Shown here: piece after piece, positions 26,101-39,148 of the stretch
Layout of the letters: every line of letters starts with the position of its first letter
How positions within the stretch are numbered: position 1 is the first letter of the stretch
Assembly (NCBI GenBank): GCA_964016885.1
Contig: OZ024764.1
Location: forward strand, 19,778,001 to 19,842,000
DNA: 64,000 nt
Origin: Eledone cirrhosa
Taxonomy: Eukaryota
Reading direction: 5' to 3'
Made by a program: the position numbers and the translations under genes
Notes under the pieces: generated by a model
The model's database searches: none
What the model saw: the letters and a program-made list of their open reading frames with translations, nothing else
What the model was told of the DNA's origin: nothing

Positions 26101-26289
26101 ACCACTTTATAGTGTGGGCTGGGTGCTTTTTGTTGTGACACCTACATGACCACTTTACAGTGGGTGCTGGTTTCTTTTTGTCATATCACCTACATGACCA
26201 CCTTATAATGTTGACTGTGTGTTCTCTACAGTGTGGGTTGGGTGCTTTTTGTCATATCTCCTACCCAACCACTTTGCAGTGTGGGCAGT

Positions 26290-26810
26290 GAAATATCAGT
26301 AATGCACCAGCTCCAATATTCAGTAATCAGAAGAAGGGTGGTAGGCATAAAAGCCAAACTTGCTGTCTTCAATTAGGTTTTTGTGCCAACCCTTACCTAT
26401 GGTCACATATCTTGGGTAATGACCAAAAGAATATGATTGGGAATACAAATGGCAGATATGGGATTCCTCTGAAGGGTCATTGAAGGAACGTTTCTCAATA
26501 AAGTGCATAGCTCTGAGATCAGAGAGTCACTCCAGGTGGAGCTGTTACTTCTCCGAATTGAGAGATCACAGCTGCAATACTATGGCCATGTGGTTAGAAT
26601 GTCTGAGGAAAGAATCACTGGATAGATTTTACAGGCAAAACTAACTAGCAGGAGACCCAGGGGTAGACCTGAGCAAGATGGTCACATAACATCCATGAGC
26701 TTGGCTGGTCTCTCTGGGAGATCCAGCCAGATAAGTTGGAGTGGGTTGCTTCTGACAGGACCTGTTGGAGGGAGTGTTTGAGGACTCTGCCCCCAAGTCC
26801 CTCTCTGGAA
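26290..26810 (+). mobile_element. Old RTE-clade LINE 3' fragment
   Basis: ELLLLRIERSQLQYYGHVVRMSEERI..RRPRGRP. Confidence 0.7.
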
Positions 26811-27121
26811 TAAGTGGGTTAATAAGAAGAGGTTGAGGTTACATAATCAACATCAGATTTCCCTGCTAGCAAGGGTTTAATGAGTCTACTTCAACGAAGT
26901 AAGTACTGAAGTGAGGCTACTGATCTCCCAGACAGACCAAGGATCTGAGACTTATTTACATAAGGTCTCATTTGCTACTGAGTGCACAGAAAAGGTTGTC
27001 ATGTCTTTGTCATGATTGAAGGGTTCTCCGACACTATTGTCGGGCAAGCTTTCTATGGCTAGATGTCCTTCACATGACCAACCACATTACAGCCTGTATT
27101 GGGTGTGTTTATCATGTAGGT

Positions 27122-29162
27122 GAGACATAACAAACTGAGGGTTCCCCATGGTCCACATAGGTCACATGTGTTGTCTGAGGGTTACACACTACAACTAATT
27201 ATGTACACGACAACTAATTAGTCATTTAATAAAATATATTGCAGAAAGATTTGTTACTTAAATTTAGAAACATACAATGTACATACAAATGTTTTAGCAG
27301 CATTCATGAATACAAAGTAATGAAGTAGTTTGACAAAAAACTAAAATTTAACATGTCAACATATACTTGCAGATTGTAACAGCAACAAATACATTGTACA
27401 CAAATAACAACAGTTCAAAACTGAACATTTATTTGCTACTATTCAACCATTTTTAGTGTTTTGTCCTGAGGCTTGACACTTCCTTTTGTTGACAATGTTT
27501 GGTATGTCTGGCTGAAATGTCTGTACAGTTCCAACTTTGATCAGAGATGACAAGTGTTGATCTGTCAGCCTTGTTCTCTGAGAAGTTTTTGTTAAGCTAA
27601 GTACAGACTCAGTATTGGCAGTGATTTTCAGCTCTTTGCACATAAGAAAATGAATTAAATTTTCATCTGACAACGGAGACTTCCATAAGCTATGTTTTCT
27701 AATGAAGAACTTGATGTCATCATACAACTGAGTGATGGATTTGTTTTTACCTTGTAATTTCAAATTAAGATCAGTTAATTGTGCAGTAATATCCACAAAA
27801 AAGCCAGATGTTGGAGCCAACTTTCATCTTTTATCTCATCTGTGTTTTGACCTTTCATCTCCAAAAACATAATTATTTCAACAAATAGAATCTTTTCAGC
27901 ACTTTGTGACATGTCAACCAGCAGACTTCTGTGTAGAATGGAACATCGGTGAACTGATTATCCATATCTTCCAACAACTGGCAGAACTGACGGTGGTTGA
28001 GAGCACGGCCTCTGATTTAGTTCACTGTCTTTGTGACCAAGCTAAGCACATGATGCAATTTTAAAATCTTTGAACATAAATTTTGCTGATGAATAATGCA
28101 GTGAAAATGTGAAAATGAGGAATCTAGATATGAGTTTTCTATTTTTGTTTGTAACTTGGCAGCAACACCATTATGTCTACCAACCATATTTGCAGCACTG
28201 TCAGTAGATAAACAAGTTTACTCAGATCAAAACCATGCAGACCCTGCTTGACCTTCTCAAAGATGTCCTGGCTTGTTATAGTGTCATGCATGGGGACCAG
28301 TTCAATCAGTTATTCATAAATATTAAATTCACTGTCACAGGCCCTGATGAAGAATGCAAGCTGTACTATTCCAGTGATGTCAACAGTCTCTTCAATAGCA
28401 ATAGAAACATGTTCAAACCTTGATGATACAGCCTTTAACTGTTGTTTCAGATCACCTGACATTTCATTAATCTGTTCAGCAACAGTGTTCCTGGTTAATG
28501 AAATGTCTTTGAATAACTGTGCTTTCTCTGGACAATTTCAGCTGTTTTTACAAGACATTGCTTTACAAAATCTCCTTCACTGTAAGATTTCCCACTCATG
28601 GCAATCATTCGACTGAGTTCATAGCTTGCAGTAACAGAAGTGACATCCTCTTCCTGAATTAACATAAAACAGGTCTATTGCTGTGTCAAGTTAGACTTCA
28701 ATTCCTTGAGTCATGAAACACACATTGGGCCTTCATATTTATCGTAAGATCGAGGGTTTGTTTCATAATGTCTTTTTAAATTGTACTCTTTTGGCGTGGA
28801 GATGTAGTTGTTGCAAATTAAACAGTGTATCTTTCTGTTCACCATTGGGCAAAAATACTGTAATTCCCACTTTTCTTGAAACACTTGCCCTTCTTCGTTC
28901 AATTTCCTTTTTCTCTTAGCTGGAGGAGCACTAACCATTTCAAAAACAAAATCATTTGAAATTTTGAAAGAAAGTTTTCTGTTAATGAGCTGCACGTGAT
29001 TAATGGAAGTTAAAAGTAGTTGACAAAAATTGCACCAAAAAAAATAATTGTATCGAAAATGTTTTAAATTTTATATTACGAAAATGAAACATGCTCGCAC
29101 TGTAAAAACCTTTGTGTGGGCCGCAGCTTTGCTTGCAAAGGGCCGCATGTTTGACATGTCTG
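27122..29162 (-). mobile_element. hAT fossil copy 3
   Basis: Same TIRs and ATGTAGGT TSD as 8331-10376. Confidence 0.92.
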
Positions 29163-31404
29163 ATGTAGGTTACCAACACTAGGGAGGGAAGCATGTCCAT
29201 CAGTGTCTTCTGCTACATTAACTACCAGGAGGTCAGCACATGAGTCAAAGACTACATTTCAAAGAAGGGTCATAAAAGAACTCAATACGAGAGTCCTCAC
29301 AGCAAAAAGCAAATAATTGAGCTTTGGGTTTAAGTCAAGGGGCAGAAGTGCTGCACCCTGTGGGTAAGACTGCAAAAGTATTCGCCCCGGACGATGGACA
29401 GTTACAGCCACCCCAACCTCATGGGACTCCCTCTTCAGAAGGGCCACCAACGTTCTGATCTTACAGAGGAGCTTGGCAGTACGGGGTCCAAGTACTTCTG
29501 AGGTCTCGATGGTGACCGGTGTGAAGAGACCTACAATTGATGTCATCCCAGTTATGTTGGACTGTAATATACTGGGGTATAGAGAGGCTTTAACCTGTCA
29601 CAGCCGGGCCACCCTGGGTTGTGTCATCTAGGTACCAGACAGGGGTAACTAGACCATGTTGTCAACTGTCAGCACTAATAGGAGTGAGGCGAGTGGGTCC
29701 CCTTGCTAGACACCATATATAAAAACGTATTTGCTAATTACTTTAATGAATAATTTGTTTCATACGTAATTATTACTTTTAACACAATAGGATTTTGTAC
29801 ACGTGTTTGTTTGAAAACATATTTCAAAGAAGTATGAGACAGTCTTTTGCAGTCTTTTGTAGCGTTTATTATAATAAATTACTGTATGTTGAGCTGTTTT
29901 AACTTCTCCACCTTCTATTATTTCATATTGTTTTTGTAAAAAAACGAGATCTTTTTCATATATATATATGAAGGCGTGTGGCTGAGTGGTTAGAGAATTG
30001 GATTCGGAATTGTGAGGTTGTGAGTTCGATTCTCAGACTGGGCGATGCGTTATGTCCTTGAGCAAGACATTTTATTTCACGTTGCTCCTTCTACCTGGAG
30101 TTGCAAACGATAGATAGTATTAGCAATTGGAAAGACCAATGGAAACATTGTTTCCTCGGTCCGATTTGACGAAAAGTCGATCATAAAAAATATATAGAAA
30201 CACACAAACATACACTACTGTATTACATATGTAAGGGGAGATAACTCTCGTTACATCCCCCCCTTCTTTTTGATATACGTTCTTTATGTGTTTTGTACAA
30301 TGGACTCTGCTTTATTTTGTGTCCTAAGTAGATTCCTGTTTAAGTATTTACGAGATTCACAATGATTCACGTAACCAAGTTACTTACATAGAGATATATT
30401 TCACATAGAATCACAACAAATGAAAATATTAAGTCAACACTCTGTCAATCACTCTCACATCACATGGGGTGCCGGAGTCTCCCTCTAATACTTTCTGAGA
30501 CAGTCTTACCTCGAGTGATAGCAAGGCTAAGATGTTGGAACTACTAAACACCCTCATATGTATCATCTGACACCTCGGTAAGGAGAGCTGCCAACGATAA
30601 CAAGAACCTCGTTGTCAGGGACCTATCTCCTCCAAACTTCTCCAACACCCCAGACTAGAATATTCTACTCTTTATTCCCTATCAAATATATTTCAGTCTA
30701 GTCATTTGTCTTGTATCTTGTATATATATTTTCAAAACTAACTGTCACATTTGTGAGACCCCAGTTAGTGATGTTTTCGTCTCCCTCCCACATCCTACAT
30801 GCTGTAGTAAAAGTGAGGGTCACTGCTTCCGTAGACGAACGAAATAAAAGCTAAACTACCAGTAATTATCGGCAAAGTATTTATTCCAGTCTGTGATGTT
30901 TGAGAAGCTGGGCTGCTGACAACGAAGTTGTTGTCACTGTTGGCGGCTGGCTTTACCGAGATACCCGATGACTCTTGTGAGGGTACTTAGCTGTTCTGGC
31001 AACTTAGCCTCCATATGACCCGTTTTTACCGAGATACCCGGTGATCTCTGCTAGGGTACTCGATTGATCCAGCACCCTACTATATCTACCAACAGGTTAT
31101 ATCGAGGTATCAAGTGATACTCTTTTCAAGTCAAGACCTCCTCTGCTGTCCTCTGTCTTCCAACTGCCCTGTTATTCTACAGACTCACGAAAGTGGACAC
31201 CATCTGAAGGAGAGAGTGGTTGGTGTAGTGGTCATCGCTGGCGATTGTCCGAGTGACACAGGTAAAATACACTACCTAGACTGAGGTGAAATGTGTACCG
31301 TCCATTCTTCACCACCAACACCTTACTTTCTCTATTTTAATTACATTTACTGTTTTCAACTTCATTTTTTTTATTACAAACTTTACAGAATTTAATTCGG
31401 TAAA

Positions 31405-31536
31405 AATATTTTTACGTCACAAAAAAACATTGAAGCATGCGCAGTTGTCGACTTCCTGTCCACGTGTTAGTCTTCCTACAACATCATTTAGACAACATCT
31501 CTGTAAATACTAAACACCTGAGACTATAATGTAAGT
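31405..31536 (+). promoter_or_regulatory. Putative promoter and noncoding exon 1 of ZNF copy 3
   Basis: TTACGTCA 31412, GCATGCGCA, ACTTCCTGT, CACGTG; donor at 31531; predicted acceptor ends 37148. Confidence 0.6.
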
Positions 31537-33185
31537 ATTATGTCTATTAATATTGTAGATTTAAGCTCACTTTTCACATCACAAATATATATTTTCTTGT
31601 TTGTTTCATTACTGGAAATATAAAATGTTATCGTAATTATCTATATTTTACCTACCTCTAATTAATTAAAGTGAAAACTTTTGTTGTTGCTGAAAAATAA
31701 ATTAACAAAACTAAATATTTAAATATTCTAAAGGTCGTTTTTATATTATGTGATGATATAATTATTATATTTTATTACAATTGTATAAATTTACAGTAGA
31801 ATAACGTTGTAAATATGTTTTAAATATATACATAAATAACATAAGTGTGTAAATAACATTATAAATTGCTGGCAATTCCTTGAGAAAGACATTACAAATA
31901 TATTGTTTAAACTGTGTATAATAATATAATTTATTGAACAATAATGATAAAGGAAAGAAAAACACAGTGGGAGATGGCAATTCACCACCAAGTGTGATAA
32001 TAGGCCACACCTCACACCTTAGGGGTTAACTACACACTTTGAGGCAAGCCAACACACTGGCAGCATTACTAAGGTGTTGAAATAACCAGGTACCCCCACG
32101 GGTATCACCTGACACCTCAGTAAGGTGAGGCTAAGGTGCTGAAATAACCAGGTACCCTCACGGGTAGCACCTGATACGTCAGTAAGGTGAGGCTAAGGTG
32201 TTGAAATAACCAGGTACCCTCACGGGTATCACCTGACACCTTGGTAAGGTGAGTCTAAGGGGCTGAAATAACCAGGTACCCTCACGGAAAAGACTAGATT
32301 TGTAGAAAAAGTAGGGTGAAAGTATACGAAGAGATGTAGTTTCACAGATCTACTCACACCTCACGTTGGGTGGGAAATAATTATTTTTCTTAGATTTTTT
32401 TGTAGACCCCTTTTCAATATTTTCTCTGAACCCCTTAGATACTTGCAATAGACGTTTTATTCCCCAGTATTAGGGTTAGGGTTTCCGTTTTCAGGAAGAA
32501 AAGTCGATTGCAAACATCTAAGAGGTCGAGAAAAATTATAAGGAAAGATAATTATTTCCCAGCCAACTGAAGAAATGTGTAGCTCTTCTAAACTCTGATA
32601 ATCCTGTCTCCCACTGCTTTATCTACAAATCTAGTCATTTCCTGCTACTTTGAAGGCCCTATTTATTGATAACACCACTTGTAAATCTTTGTCAACTTTT
32701 CATACGTAAATTGGGAATCAGTTATTTTTAAACAAACTATCAAAGAAGTGATCTCACAGTAACTGTGTTTGATTTAATCAACTTATTCCCCACAAACATT
32801 GTCGACCTTGTGTCTAAATCAGAAACTATTATAAGATCTTAAATCAACCTCGTAAAGATGAAGGGCAAAGCTAACCTCGGCGGGATTTCAACCCTTTATG
32901 TTATGAGTTCAAATCCCACCAAAGTTAATTTTGTCTTTCATTCTAACGGAGTGGATAAATTAAAGTTCCAGTAATCTACTGGGGTCTGAGATATTAAGGT
33001 TTGAGTAGATTCAATCTTTTTGTGTGTTTGTATTTATAATCTTACTAGAACACCTGTGACCTGTTGTGTCACGTTCCCTTTAAAAATAATATTTAAATAA
33101 TTAAAATATACACAGACATGTATATAATGTAAAATGAAATTAGTAGGCCCATGTATATATATATATATATATATGCGTGTGTGTT

Positions 33186-33220
<35 letters not shown>

Positions 33221-33223
33221 ATA

Positions 33224-33262
<39 letters not shown>

Positions 33263-33669
33263 GTCACTTGTTCTAATTTTATAACTTTGTTCAACAGCAC
33301 CACCAGCTATCTCTTTCACACACACCCATTATCTTTCTCTCTCTATTTATAAAGGTACCAGAAAAACCCCATATCTCGGGAACCTGTGCATTGATTTACG
33401 TGAAACTTATTTTATCCCATTTGTATTCCCATTTCAGAGTCAACTTCCTTTCAAACTATTTTCCCATTATGCCCCGTTTTGGCTGTATTACATTACAGAC
33501 AAGACACAATCACAGAGTTTTAGGTTTATAATGTTATAGCATCATGATAGGGTAATACAGTTATTTATAGACCTGTGGTAAATGTTGGTTCAGTCCACCC
33601 TGGGGGGTGTTAGTGTTGGTTCAGTCTACCCTGAGGGGTGTCAGTGTTGGTCAATGATAACCTTTATAA

Positions 33670-34085
33670 CTAGAGGCCTGTTGGTGAGGAAAAGCTGGAA
33701 GTGGTGACATCTTTCTGCTACCTGTGTGACATGTCAGCTGGAAGTGGAGCCAAGTTCACTGCCATCGTGCTGTGCCACTCCACAGGTAACAAATTTAGGC
33801 AGCTTCTCCTAATCCTCAAGACATGCTGGCTACCATTAGACACCATGGGGCAGATTTATAACACCTGTGGGAGAAGTGTGTTGTTTCATGCCAGCAAGAC
33901 CTGGGCCATGTTATCTGACTGTCTGAATTGACTCTGAAGAAATGACAGAGCTATGATCCACTGGATGTGTAGTGTGACCATTGAGGATGATGTCAGCTCA
34001 ACTGAGCTCTTAAAAAAACTGCTGATCGACAACCTCAAGGATGTGTTTCAGAGGAGACACATGCACTGGTATGGCCATGTTGTGC
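33670..34085 (+). mobile_element. Old RTE LINE C-terminal fragment (paralog ~48390-48805)
   Basis: EKLEVVTSFCYL..KFRQLL..YNTCGRSVLFHASKTWAM. Confidence 0.7.
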
Positions 34086-36435
34086 ATTCTCTCTCAACTC
34101 ATCTATGCTTGGTCGTTGATGCACATTGACATTGCACATCCAACGGAGCATACTTGCTTCATTTCTCTCCAGCCATCGCATATCCTCCACAGTTGCTGAC
34201 CATGTCTCACTACCATGCAGCATAACACATCTCACGCAGGCATCACCAGCCATTCGTTCTTAGGGAGAAACCCTTCTTTGTCAACAGAGCAAGCAGCTCC
34301 CTAAACGTCTTCCAACCTGTCCTTATTCTAGATACTATGGCCTCTGAGCACCCTCCTCCCATGCTAATCTGATCACCTAGGTATCGGAAGCTATCAACCA
34401 CCTCTGTAGATCCTTCCTGCATTTGAAAAATGTGTCTATAAATGCGACTTCTACTGTCAAATTTCCCTGTACATCTACTGCATATGTAGTTTTCCCTACC
34501 TGTTAGTTTGCCTGCTATCCCACTACATTTCTTGTGTACCCAAAATCTGCATTGTGTACATTATAGAATTTATGCCAGTTCCTTTTCTACATATTGAAAA
34601 AGGCCATTTCCCTGATGGAATGAGAGTTTTGTCCTCTTTTCTACTCAACACTTTAGTCTTAGCTAGGTTCACTCTCAGTCCTCTTGCTTCCAACTGCTGT
34701 TGCAATAGCCAGAATTTATTCTCTAGCTCCTCTACTGATTCTGCTATAAGAACCAGATCATCAGCATAGAGAAGTTCCCATGGACAGCCAGTCTTAAACT
34801 CCTCTTTTATGGCTGGAGGCCTATAATGAACAAGGGTGGGCTGAGGACCGACTCTGATTTACTCCTACTTGTATCTGGAATTCCTTATTAAACTCCATTC
34901 CTACCCTCACTTTACTGACACCACCTCTGTACATAGCTTGCATTGTCCTCACAAACTATTCCTCTACACCTAGTTTCCTTAGGGACCACCAGATGACAGA
35001 TTGGGGTACTCTATCTAAGGCCTTTTCTAGGTGAACAAAAGTTAAGTATAGTGTTTTTCTTCTCTAAGAACCTCTCTAGTAGTTGTCTCACTAAGAAGAG
35101 GGCATCTGTTTGACCCTTTCTCTAGGTTGCGCTAGTATTCTTTCTGTCACTTTCATAACCTGATCCATCAGTTTTATGCCCCTATAATTACTCCTCTCCA
35201 GAATATCCCCTTTACCTTTACCTCAATTTATGAGAATACTGCTGCACCAATCTTTGGATATGACACCACCATATATAGCCTGATTAATGATGCATGCAAC
35301 CAGTTTAATTCCTACTTCTCCTGATGCCTTTTGCATCTCAGCAACTATCCCCAACAGTCCAGCAAACCTCCATTTTTCCTTTCCTTAATTACCTCTTGGA
35401 CCCTATAGTCGTCAATCTCAATAGCTGGTCCTTCTGTCGGGTCTACTGAAGGTAGTTTCTCTCCTATTGATTCTCCACATTCATCAGTCTCTCATAATGA
35501 CATTTCCAGGCCTTCTTTTTCAGCCTCCCTGCATGCTAAGTAGACCTGACATCTAGCTTCTCTCTTAGTGGCTGTGTATCGGTCTCTACCCCTACAATTT
35601 TTCCAAACATTCCATGCTAGTCTTTTGTCTCTAATGGCTGTATCTACCGTGCTGTTCCACCATCAGGTCACCCTTTTTGTGGTTGGAGCTCTGCTCCAGC
35701 GACAAGTTTTATGAGTAACCTGCAGTAAGTTGTCACGTAAGAAATTCCAGTTATCATCTATGTTATACGACGCTAAAATGTCTTCTTTTTCGTCATACAC
35801 ATCTTGAAGGGTTTGCCTCAATTTATATTTTAGTGAAAGGTCTTTTAGTTTCTAGACCTTCCTTTTTCACACCTTGTATGTCTCATTTTGTCTCTTGCTT
35901 ACTGAGATGTCACTAACGACTAAGCTATGTTGGGGGGTTACATTGTTCCCTGGGGTATGCCTTAGTATTTGACACCATCTATCTGTCTTACTCCCTAACT
36001 AGCAAGAAGTCAATCTGTCTCATGTGCTCACCTGATTTGTAGGTTATTAGGTGGTTGGTAGGTTTATTATAACTAGGTCTCTGTCATTGTGGTTATCTCT
36101 ACTTATTCCTTTTCTACATATGGAGCAGGGCCACTTTCCTGAAGGGGTCAGTGTCTTCTCTCCTATCCATTAGCACTTTAGTTTTGGCTAAGTATATTCT
36201 CAGAACTTACCATTTCAAATTCTATATCTATAGTTGGTCATCTACATAGAAAGTTTCCATAGACAGCCAGTCTTAAACCTCTCTGTTATGGCTTGGAGAA
36301 CTATGATGAACAACAGTGGGCTAAGAACTAAACCATGATGAACTCCTACCTGTACCTTCAATTCCTCACTAAACACACTTTACTGACAGCTTCTCACAAG
36401 AAATTAGGTGTAGAATGCTTCTACACCTAATTTCT
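34086..36435 (-). mobile_element. Degraded RTE LINE(s) in intron 1
   Basis: Reverse complement is homologous to 58128-60966 (MLHGSETW, LYADDL, NLAKTKV), with many stops and indels. Confidence 0.9.
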
Positions 36436-36630
36436 TTAACCCTTTAGTATATAAACTGGCCATATCTGGCCAGATTCAAACTGGCCGTAACTGGTCACTT
36501 ATACTTATGTTAAGGTATTGTTCTCAAAATAAATAACATGAAAATCTCATAGATTAGATATTATGTGAGATAAAGCATTTACTGTGAAAATATAATAGTA
36601 AATATAGAGTAATCTGAATACTAAAGGGTT

Positions 36631-37004
36631 AATCTGATGTCACTAATAACTACTTTTATCTGTCAGTTTAATCTAATGTCACTAATAACTACTTTTATCA
36701 GTCAGTATAATCTAATGTCACTAATAACTACTTTTATCAGTCAGTATAATCTAATGTCACTAATAACTACTTTTATCAGTCAGTTTAATCTAATGTCACT
36801 AATAACTACTTTTATCAGTCAGTTTAATCTAATGTCACTAATAACTACTTTTATCAGTCAGTTTAATCTAAAGTCACTAATAACTACTTTTATCCGTCAG
36901 TTTAATCTAATGTCACTAATAACTACTTTTATCAGTCAGTATAAACATACTGCCACTAATAACTACTTTTATCAGTCAGTTTAATCTAATGTCACTAATA
37001 ACTA
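36631..37004 (+). repeat. 39-bp minisatellite, ~9.5 copies
   Basis: Same unit as 2855-3500. Confidence 0.96.
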
Positions 37005-37360
37005 ACCTATGTTAGTCAGCACATTCTTCACCAAAGAAGGCCTTAGTATTTATTACAGTCCATTTATCAATATAGAAATATTATATGAAATTTGTACTGA
37101 TGTATTACAAGTTTCTGAGTATCTTATAATGTTCTTTTATTATTTCAGAATACCAGAGGACATTGGCATTAAAGAGCACGTTACATCAGACATATCCTCA
37201 ACATTAACCATTTCTAATGAAAGACACTACCCATCATTTTCAAATAATATTGAAAAGACTCAACACTTTTAAGTGATTTAGTAATATAACTAAATTTCTC
37301 AGTATTAAGCTGTGAATTATGTGAGAAACTGAGGTGATTGATATCTTTTTAGTAGGAGAT

Positions 37361-39148
37361 ATGTCGAAAAATATCGTAAAATCACCATTCCACTGTGATA
37401 TCTGTGGTAAATCATTCTCTCGTAGTAATCACCTCACTACTCACAAACGTATTCATACAGGAGAGAAGCCATATCACTGTGATATCTGTGGTAAATCATT
37501 CAGTCGCAGTAATACCTTAACTAATCACAAACATATTCATACAGGAGAGAAACCATATCACTGTGATATCTGTGGTAAAACGTTCTCTAAAAATAATAAC
37601 CTAACTACTAACAAACGTATTCATACAGGAGAGAACCCATATAATTGTGATATCTGTGGTAAATCATTCACTTGTAATCATCACCTAACTACTCACAAAC
37701 GTATTCATACTGGAGAGAAGCCTTATAAGTGTGATATCTGTGGTAAATCATTCAGTTACAATACTAGCGTCAGCGTTCACAAACAAGTTCATACAGGAGA
37801 GAAGCCACATCACTGTGACATCTGTGGTAAAACATTCTCTGACAGAAGTAGCTTTGTTAAACACCAACGTATTCATACAGAAGAGAAGCCATATCAGGGT
37901 GATATCTGTGGTAAATCATTCAGTCACAGAAATACCTTAACTAGCCACAAACGTATTCATACAGGAGAGAAACCATATCACTGTGATATCTGTGGTAAAA
38001 CATTCTCTGACAGAAGTAGCTTTGTTAAACACCAACGTATTCATACAGAAGAGAAGCCATATCAGGGTGATATCTGTGGTAAATCATTCTCTCATAGTAA
38101 TCACCTAACTAATCACAGACGTATTCATACAGGAGAGAAGCCATATCACTGTGACATCTGTAGTAAATCATTCTCTGGCAGAAGTAGCTTCCTTAAACAC
38201 CAACGTATTCATACAGGAGAGAAGACATATCACTGTGACATCTGTGGTAAATCATTCTCTCAGAGTAATCACCTAACTACTCACAAACATATTCATACAG
38301 GAGAGAAACTATATCACTGTGACATCTGTAGTAAATCATTCTCTGACAAAAGTAGCTTTGTTAAACACCAACATATTCATACAGGAGAGAAGCCATATCA
38401 GTGTGATATCTGTGACAAATCATTCAGTCACAGTAGTAGCGTCAGAGTTCACATACGTATTCATACAGGAGAGAAACCATATCACTGTGATATCTGTGGT
38501 AAAACGTTCTCTAAAAACAATAACCTAACTACTCACAAACGTATTCATACAGGAGAGAACCCATATCATTGTGATATCTGTGATAAATCATTCACTTGTA
38601 GTCAGCACCTAACTACTCACAAACATCTTCATACAGGAGAGAAGCCATATCAATGTGATATCTGTGATAAATCATTCAGTGACAGTAGTAGCTTCAGAGT
38701 TCACAAACAAATTCATACAGGAGAGAAGCCACATCACTGTGACATCTGTGGTAAATCATTCAGTCACAGAAATACCTTAACTACCCACCAACATATTCAT
38801 ACAGGAGAGATACCATATCACTGTGATATCTGTGGTAAATCATTCTCTGACAGAAGTAGCTTCGTTAAACACCAACGTATTCATACAGGAGAGAAGCCAT
38901 ATCACTGTGATATCTGTGGTAAATCATTCTCTCGTAGTGATAACCTAACTACTCACAAACGTATTCATACAGGAGAGAACCCATATCATTGTGATATCTG
39001 TGGTAAAACATTCACTAAAAATAATAGCCTAACTACTTACAAACGTATTCATACAGAAGAGAACCCATATCACTGTGATATCTGTGGTAAATCATTCTCT
39101 CTTAGAGGTAACTTAACCAAGCATGTGCGTATTCATACAGAAGTTTAG
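37361..39148 (+). CDS. C2H2 zinc-finger protein copy 3, ~595 aa, 21 fingers (4 with a lost ligand)
   Basis: ATG 37361 ([10 protein letters not shown], as in paralogs); uninterrupted ORF; degenerate fingers 3 (H->N), 7 and 9 (C->G), 20 (H->Y). Confidence 0.92.
   Translation: MSKNIVKSPFHCDICGKSFSRSNHLTTHKRIHTGEKPYHCDICGKSFSRSNTLTNHKHIHTGEKPYHCDICGKTFSKNNNLTTNKRIHTGENPYNCDICGKSFTCNHHLTTHKRIHTGEKPYKCDICGKSFSYNTSVSVHKQVHTGEKPHHCDICGKTFSDRSSFVKHQRIHTEEKPYQGDICGKSFSHRNTLTSHKRIHTGEKPYHCDICGKTFSDRSSFVKHQRIHTEEKPYQGDICGKSFSHSNHLTNHRRIHTGEKPYHCDICSKSFSGRSSFLKHQRIHTGEKTYHCDICGKSFSQSNHLTTHKHIHTGEKLYHCDICSKSFSDKSSFVKHQHIHTGEKPYQCDICDKSFSHSSSVRVHIRIHTGEKPYHCDICGKTFSKNNNLTTHKRIHTGENPYHCDICDKSFTCSQHLTTHKHLHTGEKPYQCDICDKSFSDSSSFRVHKQIHTGEKPHHCDICGKSFSHRNTLTTHQHIHTGEIPYHCDICGKSFSDRSSFVKHQRIHTGEKPYHCDICGKSFSRSDNLTTHKRIHTGENPYHCDICGKTFTKNNSLTTYKRIHTEENPYHCDICGKSFSLRGNLTKHVRIHTEV

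Noticed and set aside
32469-32483. Interstitial telomere
   Set aside because: Only two TTAGGG units, inside a MITE loop
33034-33352. YIYIYI-rich ORFs (also 20558, 47751, 62450)
   Set aside because: Translations of (TA)n/(TG)n microsatellites
37334-37360. GTG start proposed by the ORF track for ZNF3
   Set aside because: Eukaryotic gene; the conserved ATG at 37361 matches all paralogs
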